Part shown: positions 49,243-57,968 of the stretch, in pieces | How positions within the stretch are numbered: the first letter of the stretch is position 1 | Layout of the letters: every line of letters begins with the position of its first letter | Assembly: GCA_965203465.1 (NCBI GenBank) | Contig: CBDBCR010000002.1 | Location: 64,001-128,000, forward strand | DNA length: 64,000 nucleotides | Source: Nitrosopumilaceae archaeon | Lineage (GTDB): Archaea; Thermoproteota; Nitrososphaeria; Nitrososphaerales; Nitrosopumilaceae | Direction of reading: 5' to 3' | Program-made: the position numbers and the translations under genes | Notes under the pieces: generated by a model | Told to the model about the DNA's origin: nothing | Seen by the model: only the letters and a program-made list of their open reading frames with translations | Databases searched by the model: none

Positions 49243-52200
49243 TGGCAGAACGGTGCGAATCGGCGAGGCGCGGGCTCTTCCGCGCGGACAAGCTGCTCGC
49301 GCTGGCGGCCCCGGCGGTGCTCGCGCTGGCAGTATGCGGCGCCCTCGACATGTCCGGCGCGTGGCCTGATCTGCTGCCCGAGGCCGAGGCTCACGCGGGC
49401 AAGATCCACATCACCAACGCCGTGCTGACCAACCACAACACGATACTGGTAACGTATTCGGGCTCCATCGCGCCGCCCTCTTCCAGGCAGGTCCCGCAGT
49501 CGCAGTGCTACGGCGCGTTCGGCTGCTCGTTCACCGGCTACAAGACGGTCTGGAACGTGGCCTCGCGGTATTCGGACGTGTCGATGAACCCGGGCGGGGC
49601 CATGGGCATCGCGAGAGTCTCGTACAGCGCGTACAACGCGCACTTTATACACCTGTCCGGCAGCGTGCCGTCTCCGGACGCGACCGGCTCGCTCAGCGTG
49701 GCCTCGTCGGGCTCCGTGAGTTGGACCAACTCGCAGCACAGCCACACGCGCGACGCGGCGACGGTCACCGTCCACGACGGGCAGGGCCCGGGCCTGGCGT
49801 CTTCGGGCGCGTCCCTGGATCTGAACGCGGGCATCTTTTCGTTCACGGCCAACGAGGATCTGCAAAAGTCGGCCACCGACCCGTCAAAAATAACCATAGC
49901 CGGCGTGAACCTCTCTAGCGCCACCGCGCTGGACTTGGGCGGCGAGCGTAGCGTATCGATCGTCATCACCGAGGATCAGAGGTCGCGCCTGGCCGCGCTG
50001 CAGGACGGCGCCGGCCTGACGGCCGACTTTGCCGGGGCGGCGCTTGCAGACGCGGCGGGCAACCGGTCGGGCCCCGCTTCGGGCGTGCAGATATCCCTGA
50101 CAAAAGACACGACGCCCCCGGCGCTGTCGCTGGCCTCTTCCAGCCTGGACTTGGGCACCGGCACGATGAAGCTCCTGTTCACAGAGTACGTTGACGTGTC
50201 CGAGGCGGACATGTCGGCGGTGCGGCTACAAAACCCCTCGGGAGGCGCGGGGTTCAGCCTGGCCGGCAGCGCCGTCCTGGAGGAGGACGACGGCTACGGC
50301 GTCTCGGTGCAGCTGACCGACCTGCAGCGGGCGCAGATAATCAACCCGGCCGCGTTCCCGGCCGGGGCGCCCCCCGAGACGGTTCCAGATCTGATGCTGC
50401 CCGTCATCAGGGAGCCCCCGCCGGGCGCCGCGCTGACGCACCTGAAAGTGGACCCCGCGGCGTTCCGCGATCTGGCCGGCATCGCGCTCTCGCGGGCCGT
50501 CGAAGGGCAGATTCCGGCGACCCCCGACGCGACGGCGCCTTCGGTACTGGGCAGCCCGGCGCCCTCGCTGGCCCTGGACACGGGGGTGCTGCGCTTCGAG
50601 TTCGACGAGTACGTCAACGCCCGCGCGGTCGATTTCGACGACATGGCGATAAAGGACAGGTTCGACGGGAGCGTCTCGCTGGAGAACGCCGGCGTCCGCT
50701 CGGACGGCAAGACCGTGATACTGACGCTGCCCGACCGGGACAGGGAGGCTGCCATCAACATGCAGACCGACCTGCTCTTGCACGCAAAAACCGGCGCGGT
50801 CAAGGACGTCTCGGGCAACGGCATCGCCGAATCGGATACGGGCATCGAGGTGGCGCGGGACAGGACCGCCCCGTCGCTGGTCCGCGCATCGCTGGATCCG
50901 AGCAGCGGCAATCTGGCGCTGGTCTTCAGCGAGACAGTCGACGCCACCCCGTCGGGCCAGGTCGTCCTGTCGAAGATGTCGCTGCGCGCCCCGCAGACGG
51001 CCGAGGCCGACGCGGTGCGCCTTTCGTCGGGGCAGGACAGGGCGACGGTGACCACCGCCGCCGACGGCCCGCGGGTCGACATCACGCTGACGGCCAGCCA
51101 GAGATCGGCGCTGGCAGCCGGCCAGAGCGCCACGCTGCTGCTCTCGCTCGAAGCCGACGCCGTCCGGGATCTTTCGAACAACCCTGTCCAGGCCAACAGC
51201 GAGCTGCCGGTCGGCACGTCGCTGGATCTGGGAGGGCCGACGGCGCTTTCAGTCTCCCTCGAGACGGGCACCGGCACCATGACGGTCACGTTCGACGAGA
51301 CCGTCGATGCCACGCCAGCATCGAAGGTCGACACGTCAAAGTTCTCCATCCGCGACTCGTCGGGCGGCGCCGACGCCGTGCGCACCGCGCTGACGTCGGC
51401 CAAGGTCTCCGAGTTTGACCGCCTCTCGCTGGAGCTAAAGCTCACCGAGGCGCAGAGGCAGGCGGCCCTGTCGTACGGCGGCGCGCCGTTCCTGGACATC
51501 GCCGCCGGCGCCGTCCGCGACTCGGCGGACAACCCGTCGTCGGCTACCAGCGACATGACCGTCAACGTAACCGGAACGGACACGCTGGTGCCCGGGTTGC
51601 TCTCGGCGTACCTGAACTGGGGGACCGGCAACCTCGAGATGCTGTTCGGCGAGACGGTGGACGTATCCGAGATAGACCTTGCAAAGCTGAGGATACAAGA
51701 GATCGCGGTGGTCGTAGAGGCGCCCGAAAACACGGGCCCGGGCGTGTGCACGCCGGATCTGCAAAACATCTACCGCTGGGCAGGCGGCCCCAACGACGGC
51801 CAGCTGTGCACCCCGCCGACCGCGCCGCCGCCCGTGCCGCAGGCGTTCGTGCAGCTAAAGACGGACACGACTTCGGCCTCGGTGCTGACCACCGCGGACG
51901 GCGCCTCGGCCACCGTGGCCCTGACCGAGGAGCAGCTGGGGTGGGTCGAGGCGTTCGAGCGCGCAGCGCAGCTGGACATCGAAGCGGGCGCCGTAAAGGA
52001 CACGTCGGCCAACCCGATCCAGGCCCGCTCGGACATCCCGCTCTCCGTCCAAGCTGACACCGTCCCGCCGGCGCTGGTCTCGGCGGCGATCACCGGCCCC
52101 GATTCGGTACGCGTGCAGTTCAGCGAGGATCTGCTGAATTCGTCGGTGGACGCCTCCGACTTTGCGGTGCGCGGCCACGCGATCGCCGGCGTCGAGGAGA

Positions 52201-54680
52201 CAAAGGGCACGGTGGACATCGAGCTGTCCACGCGCATCGACAACACGTCGGGCCAGACCGTGCGCGTCTCGGTGACGGGCAGCGTCTCGGACACCGAGGA
52301 CAACGTGCTCGACGGGGCCGTCGCACAAATTTACATAGATGCCCCCAACGACCTTGTCTTTGCCGACGTGGCCGAGTTCACCGTGTCTTCGAGCAACCCC
52401 AACCCCGTGTACGCGCGCGCCGGCGATACCGTAACGCTGACCTTCAGGGCCGACGTGGACATCCTGCCCGCAAACGAGACGGGCGTGCTGTTCAACCTAA
52501 ACGACGCCGCGTCGATCTCGAACGTCACGGCGCGCGGGTTCACGGCCACTTACGTCGTGCAGCAGTCCGACCGCGACGGCCCGCTCGACCTGGTGGTCGC
52601 GGTGGAGACAACCGACGCGATATCTGCCTTTACGGCGGCCGACATTACGTCGGGCGGCAACGTGACGGTGGACACCACGCCGCCCCGGTACCTGTCGGCC
52701 ACGCTAGCCGGGATGCAGTCCATACACGTCCACTATTCGGAGCCGGTAAAGACGTCCGCCTCCGACTATACGGGCATCGGCATCGGGTGCCCCGACTGCA
52801 CGCCGCAGCCCGCCTCGTCCGCGTCCAACCCGGGACCGTCCTCACACGTGCTGGTGTCGTGGGCCACGGAGGTGCCGGACACAGAGCGCTCCGACGTGGA
52901 CTTTACGATCAGCTCGTCGGTGACGGATCTTGCGGGCAACGCACTGTCCAACTCGGGCGCAAAGACCATGCCGCCGCCCGAGAACCTCGAGGCGGTCAGC
53001 CGGCTGCAGCTGGACACGACGGACAGCGGCGTCTCGGGCGTGGCGCTGCCGCACGACACGCTGGTGCGCACGGTCGTGGCCACGCCGGGGACGGTCCCGG
53101 TCATAGACGTGTCGGGGTTCAAGGAGCCGGGCTCGGTGCACGGCGGCGTGGCCGGCGCCGGAGGCAACCGCGTCCAATTCCCGTCTGGCAGCGAGCTGAC
53201 CGTCGATACGGACATGGCCACCGTGACGTTCCAGCCGATGGTGCAGGCGGGCGGCTTCCCCAACCAGGACGGCGCGGACGCGGGCAGCACCATAACCGTC
53301 GACGTCTCGCAAAAGGATCCAGACTCGGAGTTCACGGAACTGCACCCGCACGTGGATCCGGAGTTTTCGCTGATACTGGAGTTCGGCAGGCCCGACGTTG
53401 ACCTTGCCTTCAGCGCGCCGGTGCAGGTCGCGCTAAAGAGCGACATACTGCCCAGCTCCACCGTGTTCACGATAAACGCGGCAGGCTCCACGCGCGAGGT
53501 GCTAGAGTGCGGCGACGGCGTCGAGGATTCGGCGACCGCGCTGGACTTCATAACATCGTCTGTCGCTCCGTTGGGGTCTGCCACGGTAGACGGCGGCGCA
53601 TGCGTCGACAAGGACTTCAACGTAATCTGGACTATGCACTTTTCGGCGTTCGGCGTGTCTCTGCCCAACCCGTCCTCGTCGGGAGGCTCCACGTGCGACG
53701 ACTGCACGCCGCCCACCTTGGGCAGGAACGAGGCCGGCGATCTGGTAGTCGCCGGCGGGTTCACCTACAACGGCCGCGAGGTCAACGTGGAGACGTTCTT
53801 CACGGCGTACCCGCGCATAGAGACGCAGGTGGGCTCGCCCAACGTGGCCGTCGTAAAGATATACGAAAACGGCGGGCCCGACAACGTGCGGCACGCCTCG
53901 CTTGCCTTCGGGCTGCGCTCCGGCGAGGTGATATCGGAGAGCACCGCTGCCATCGAGTGGAACCGTGACCACGCCGGCGCCGAGTCGGTCACGCTCTTCG
54001 ATCCGCACAACGCCATCGACGGCGCCAGCTTGGGCGTGGACGCCTCGGAGACAGAGTGCGCGGCCGGCTCTTCTCTTCAGTGCCTGCGGCTGGAGTTCCG
54101 CCACACGTTCCGGGCCCCGCTAGAGTACGACATCGTGGGCACCAACGTCTGGGACGCCGACCGCAACGCATGGCAGAACTACTTCAACCACGGCATACAC
54201 ATCGAGGGCGAATCGCTCAACGAGATACCGGGGATGCTGGTCGACGGCATGAGGCTGTACCCCATCAGGGCCGGCTCGGACCACGTGACGGTCATGTCAG
54301 ACGGGGACGGCCAGCTGTACAGGCTGGCCCCGGACGGCCAGTACCGGCCGCTGACGAACTCGTCGGCCCTGTACAGGACCGCCGACGAGTCCATATGGCT
54401 GCAGGCAAACGGGATGGAGCCGATGGGCGGCTACGACCGGCACGATCCGCGCTTTGCCGGCGAGCTGGCCTCGGAGGAGCTGGCGGCCCTTGAGGTGCTC
54501 GCCTCTCTTACCCGCGACGCCCCGCTGGAAAACCCAGGGTTCGGCGCGCCCGCGCCCCTGGTGTACCACGAGCAGACCTATTCGGACCGCTCGTCCGACG
54601 AGGCGCTGGGCGAGGCGCTGCTGGCCGAGCAGGAGCGCGCGGCGCTGCTCTACGAGGCCATGTTCGCAAACAGGCGCTAG
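49242..54680 (+). CDS. Giant secreted Ig-like-repeat surface protein, paralog 5 (about 1,810 aa), tandem duplicate of paralog 4
   Basis: Collinear with paralog 4 at about 5.7-kb offset; signal peptide ending PEAEA-H. Confidence 0.88.
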   Translation: MAERCESARRGLFRADKLLALAAPAVLALAVCGALDMSGAWPDLLPEAEAHAGKIHITNAVLTNHNTILVTYSGSIAPPSSRQVPQSQCYGAFGCSFTGYKTVWNVASRYSDVSMNPGGAMGIARVSYSAYNAHFIHLSGSVPSPDATGSLSVASSGSVSWTNSQHSHTRDAATVTVHDGQGPGLASSGASLDLNAGIFSFTANEDLQKSATDPSKITIAGVNLSSATALDLGGERSVSIVITEDQRSRLAALQDGAGLTADFAGAALADAAGNRSGPASGVQISLTKDTTPPALSLASSSLDLGTGTMKLLFTEYVDVSEADMSAVRLQNPSGGAGFSLAGSAVLEEDDGYGVSVQLTDLQRAQIINPAAFPAGAPPETVPDLMLPVIREPPPGAALTHLKVDPAAFRDLAGIALSRAVEGQIPATPDATAPSVLGSPAPSLALDTGVLRFEFDEYVNARAVDFDDMAIKDRFDGSVSLENAGVRSDGKTVILTLPDRDREAAINMQTDLLLHAKTGAVKDVSGNGIAESDTGIEVARDRTAPSLVRASLDPSSGNLALVFSETVDATPSGQVVLSKMSLRAPQTAEADAVRLSSGQDRATVTTAADGPRVDITLTASQRSALAAGQSATLLLSLEADAVRDLSNNPVQANSELPVGTSLDLGGPTALSVSLETGTGTMTVTFDETVDATPASKVDTSKFSIRDSSGGADAVRTALTSAKVSEFDRLSLELKLTEAQRQAALSYGGAPFLDIAAGAVRDSADNPSSATSDMTVNVTGTDTLVPGLLSAYLNWGTGNLEMLFGETVDVSEIDLAKLRIQEIAVVVEAPENTGPGVCTPDLQNIYRWAGGPNDGQLCTPPTAPPPVPQAFVQLKTDTTSASVLTTADGASATVALTEEQLGWVEAFERAAQLDIEAGAVKDTSANPIQARSDIPLSVQADTVPPALVSAAITGPDSVRVQFSEDLLNSSVDASDFAVRGHAIAGVEETKGTVDIELSTRIDNTSGQTVRVSVTGSVSDTEDNVLDGAVAQIYIDAPNDLVFADVAEFTVSSSNPNPVYARAGDTVTLTFRADVDILPANETGVLFNLNDAASISNVTARGFTATYVVQQSDRDGPLDLVVAVETTDAISAFTAADITSGGNVTVDTTPPRYLSATLAGMQSIHVHYSEPVKTSASDYTGIGIGCPDCTPQPASSASNPGPSSHVLVSWATEVPDTERSDVDFTISSSVTDLAGNALSNSGAKTMPPPENLEAVSRLQLDTTDSGVSGVALPHDTLVRTVVATPGTVPVIDVSGFKEPGSVHGGVAGAGGNRVQFPSGSELTVDTDMATVTFQPMVQAGGFPNQDGADAGSTITVDVSQKDPDSEFTELHPHVDPEFSLILEFGRPDVDLAFSAPVQVALKSDILPSSTVFTINAAGSTREVLECGDGVEDSATALDFITSSVAPLGSATVDGGACVDKDFNVIWTMHFSAFGVSLPNPSSSGGSTCDDCTPPTLGRNEAGDLVVAGGFTYNGREVNVETFFTAYPRIETQVGSPNVAVVKIYENGGPDNVRHASLAFGLRSGEVISESTAAIEWNRDHAGAESVTLFDPHNAIDGASLGVDASETECAAGSSLQCLRLEFRHTFRAPLEYDIVGTNVWDADRNAWQNYFNHGIHIEGESLNEIPGMLVDGMRLYPIRAGSDHVTVMSDGDGQLYRLAPDGQYRPLTNSSALYRTADESIWLQANGMEPMGGYDRHDPRFAGELASEELAALEVLASLTRDAPLENPGFGAPAPLVYHEQTYSDRSSDEALGEALLAEQERAALLYEAMFANRR

Positions 54681-55618
54681 GCCAGCAGCTCTTCGTAGAA
54701 CCGGGCGTACCCGGGCATGACGTTCTCCGAGGAAAACATGCGCTGCGCCTCGGCGCGCGCGGCGCGCGCCATCTTGAGCGACGCCTGCCGGTCAGAGAGC
54801 GCGCCGTTGATCGCGTCTGCCAGCGCGGCTGGATCGCCGGGCGGGACCAGCGCGCCGGTCCTGCCGTGCTCGACCAGCTCGGGCACGCCGCCGACCGACG
54901 AGGCCACCACGGGCACGCCCATGAAGAACGCCTCGATGATTATGCGGGGCAGCGACTCGATGCGGGACGGGACGGCGAGCACCTGCGAGGACTTTACCTG
55001 CGACATGGCCTCGGGCCACCCCGCGTCGGTGACGTACGAGACACGGCCGTCTATGCGCTTTTCGGCCGCCTCCAACACGTCCCTGCCCTTTTCGCGGCTG
55101 TCGCGGCCGACAAAGCAGACCCTGCCGGGCACCTCTTTTACCGAGTCGAACCGTTCCAGCATGCCCGGATCCATCGGGTGGCGCAGGCGGACGAACTCCA
55201 GGCCGAGCATCCTTTCGTACGCGCAGGCGGTGAACTCGGAATCGGCGGTGCGCGCGTCGGCCCAGCGCATCACCCTGCGCTCTACAAAAGAGGCCAGCGC
55301 GGCCAGCGGCCGCGAGTGGGATTCGCGTATGTACCGGCTCCACACGGCGTCGGACGTGAGGATCTTTTTGCGCGCCCGCGAGCAGAGCATGGCAAAGGCC
55401 GACGGCGCGTTGAAGGCGTGCACGATGTCGTATTTTTTGCCCAAGACTGCGAGGGCCGAGCTCGACAGCGCGAAGCTGGCGCTCTTTAGGGTTCTTGCCG
55501 GCAGGTGCGGCGCCTCGAGCCTCGAGACCGAGTGGCCGCGCGCCCGCATCTGGCGCTCGAGCTCTGCTATCTGCCCCGCGCCTTGCCTGTACGCGGGCGA
55601 GACGTACAGTATGTCCAA
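54677..55618 (-). CDS. GT4-family glycosyltransferase
   Basis: FVGR...EKG and PSRIESLPRIIIEA (E-x7-E), GGVPELV. Confidence 0.9.
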   Translation of the reverse strand: MDILYVSPAYRQGAGQIAELERQMRARGHSVSRLEAPHLPARTLKSASFALSSSALAVLGKKYDIVHAFNAPSAFAMLCSRARKKILTSDAVWSRYIRESHSRPLAALASFVERRVMRWADARTADSEFTACAYERMLGLEFVRLRHPMDPGMLERFDSVKEVPGRVCFVGRDSREKGRDVLEAAEKRIDGRVSYVTDAGWPEAMSQVKSSQVLAVPSRIESLPRIIIEAFFMGVPVVASSVGGVPELVEHGRTGALVPPGDPAALADAINGALSDRQASLKMARAARAEAQRMFSSENVMPGYARFYEELLA

Positions 55619-55663
55619 CGCGGCGGGGGCGCCCGTTGTCTTAATGTGCTTTTCCGGAATCTC

Positions 55664-56183
55664 CAGTTAACCACAAAGTTCCGCCGGCGGGCGGATAATT
55701 TCCGATCGCGAATCGGCCAAAATGGGCAGAACGGCGGCAATCTCCAAAAGGCGTGCTCGTCCGGCTCCGTTCCGGGCGCTGCCCGAGCCGGCCGGCGCGC
55801 AGCGTCCCCGCCCGTCCAGGGCCGTCTTGTCGGATCAGCCGGGCGGCCCGGGTCCGGACTACAGAAAGAACGGCATCGCCGCCAGCGCCGAGCGCAGCGG
55901 GATTGCAGGCTCGGGCCCCTGCGCGGCGCAGGCCGGGCGGCGGAGCGCGTCTGTAACACGTTGCACAGCATCATCGTCAGCGCCACGTACAGCACCCTCG
56001 GGCCGTGGAGGCTGCTGCGCGTCTTTGCCCGGATGTCTTCTATGACTGTATCCCGTCGGGCCTGTCCCGGGCGGTTCCTTTTCATGCAGGCTGAGGCGCC
56101 GTCCAAGACGCCCGTTTTCGGATCTTTCGGCGGGTCCTGCAGGCGATCGCTTTTCGGGCCCGATCGGGCTATTGGGTCAACTG
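55664..56183 (-). mobile_element. Internally deleted non-autonomous derivative (520 bp) of the IS at 723-2174
   Basis: Degenerate termini cagttaaccacaaagt and ttgggtcaactg; aligns to 723-~1200 and ~2045-2174. Confidence 0.85.
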
Positions 56184-57434
56184 CACGCGGCAGGCAGAGC
56201 CGCACAGGCGGCTGGCCGCCGAGGACAGCTCCGATACGAGACCGGGCCTCCTTGCCTCCAGCGCCTCGGCCTCGGCCAGGGCCTCTGCCGCGCGCGTCCT
56301 TGCAAGCTCGGCGTCGGCACGGGCCTTTGCCGCGGCGGCCTCGTCCCTCTTCATCTCGCCTATGTCGGCCTCCTCCAGCTCGGATTCCAGCCTGCGCTTT
56401 TCGCCGAAATACTTTAGCACCTGGGATATCATCTCGTCCAGGCGCGAGGCCGCCTCGTCCAGGCAAGAGGCGGTCTTTGACGGATCCTTTACCGACATGT
56501 GGCCGTTCTCGACAGCCTTTTTCGTGTTCGAGAGTATCTGGGCTATGTCGGCCCTGTTTTCCTGCACGAACGCCTCGAGCGGCGATTCGAGCATGGCGCC
56601 GGCAAGAGAAAGCTGATCCTTGTCCAGCGACGAGCCGTATCTGTACTTTGAGACGGCCTTCGATATGGGGGCCGTCACGGCCCCTATCGATCTCTCCGTG
56701 CTTTTGCGCTTCCCCTCGAGGGATTCCATCTCCGAGAGTACGGCGGCGTACCTCCTGTACGTGTCCGTCTCCATGAACCTGGATGCGGCCTTTTCTTTGG
56801 CGGCCGCCTCGGCGTCGAGCTTTACCGCGCCCGCAGACGCCGCTTCCGCGCGGGCGCGCGCCTCTTTTGCGCCGCTCTGGCCGCTGCGTATCTGCCGGAG
56901 CAGCTCCGAGGCCCTGGCGTGCTCGGACTCGGAGGCCTCGTACATTTTCAGCAGCTCCGAGGCGCTCTTTGCGTCCTCCGAATAGGATTCGAGTATCTCC
57001 TTGAGGCGCGCCGCGTGCTTTTTGGCGAACACGTGTATGACCCGCGTCTGCTTGCCGAGCATGTCGCCCACGTGCGCCAGCGCGTGGGAAGAGGCCTTGT
57101 CGAAGGCGCGCGCCTCGTCCACCGACGAGACGGGGGGGACCCCGTGGCCGGCCTGCTTGCGGATGGAATCGAGCACCTGCTTCTTGCCGCGCCTGACCAC
57201 CGCGGCCACCCTGGCGTCGACGTCGCCGCCGAGCGGCTCGGACTCCATCTGGGCGGCGACCCTGACCATCTCGGACATGTGGGCTTCCACTGCGTCGCGC
57301 AGGCTGCGCGTCCTGTCCACCAGCCGCCTCGCCTCTTGGCCCAGCACGCGGTCTATCTCCGATTCCACCTCGCCTAGATCCAGCACGCGCGGCTCGACGG
57401 CCTCCTCCTGCTTTTTGCGCCCCCAGCCGAACAC
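56169..57434 (-). CDS. Coiled-coil hypothetical protein
   Basis: 421-aa helical, charged ORF starting MFGWGRKK; tttaat box upstream. Confidence 0.75.
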   Translation of the reverse strand: MFGWGRKKQEEAVEPRVLDLGEVESEIDRVLGQEARRLVDRTRSLRDAVEAHMSEMVRVAAQMESEPLGGDVDARVAAVVRRGKKQVLDSIRKQAGHGVPPVSSVDEARAFDKASSHALAHVGDMLGKQTRVIHVFAKKHAARLKEILESYSEDAKSASELLKMYEASESEHARASELLRQIRSGQSGAKEARARAEAASAGAVKLDAEAAAKEKAASRFMETDTYRRYAAVLSEMESLEGKRKSTERSIGAVTAPISKAVSKYRYGSSLDKDQLSLAGAMLESPLEAFVQENRADIAQILSNTKKAVENGHMSVKDPSKTASCLDEAASRLDEMISQVLKYFGEKRRLESELEEADIGEMKRDEAAAAKARADAELARTRAAEALAEAEALEARRPGLVSELSSAASRLCGSACRVQLTQ

Positions 57435-57532
57435 GGGCGGTGCGCCCGCCGAGAGTTGATTAAATGTGTCGGCGCCCCGCGCTCGGCACTCGCGGCCAAC
57501 GCTTTAAGAGGAGCTGCCCTCCCCGGGCGGGC

Positions 57533-57968
57533 ATGGCGACGTACGCCGGCGCGGTGGCGAGGCGCGTGACGGTGCGGCAGACGCCCCGCATGGCGTGGAG
57601 GGCGCTCTCGGACATAACCGGCATGCCCGGCTGGGGCCGACGGCGTGGTCTCGTGCACCGCGCTGGCCGGGCCGCGCAGGGGCGTGGGCGCGAGGCGGCT
57701 GGTCCGGTTCGAAGACGGCCGCAGGATAGAGGAGCACTTTACCGAATGGGGCCCCCGCTCGTACACGTACGCGGCGGTCTCGGGCCTGGACCTGCGCGCG
57801 TACGTGGCCACCATGTCGGTCGGGCCGTCGCGGCGGGGCTGCACGATAACCTGGAGGTCGTACATGGCAAGCGGCCAGACCACGCGCGCGCGGTTCGAGG
57901 CCGCGCGCTCTGGGATGGGCGACTTTTACTCCGCGTCTCTGCGCGCCCTGGCTGGGATCCTCGAATGA
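57533..57968 (+). CDS. SRPBCC (START/polyketide cyclase) family protein; +1 frameshift at 57633-57636
   Basis: AWRALSDITGMPGW joins GVGARRLVRFEDG...IEEH if one G is removed; tttaag at 57503. Confidence 0.75.

Noticed and set aside
24827-53764. Long antisense and alternate-frame ORFs over the giant genes (e.g. 24864-28415, 39873-41558, 44590-47016)
   Set aside because: Shadow ORFs expected from stop-poor GC-rich coding DNA; Arg/Ala/Ser-rich with no motifs.
21268-54680. Diversity-generating retroelement behind the variable loops
   Set aside because: No reverse transcriptase in the window, and paralog differences are not confined to adenines and include indels; a remote DGR cannot be excluded.
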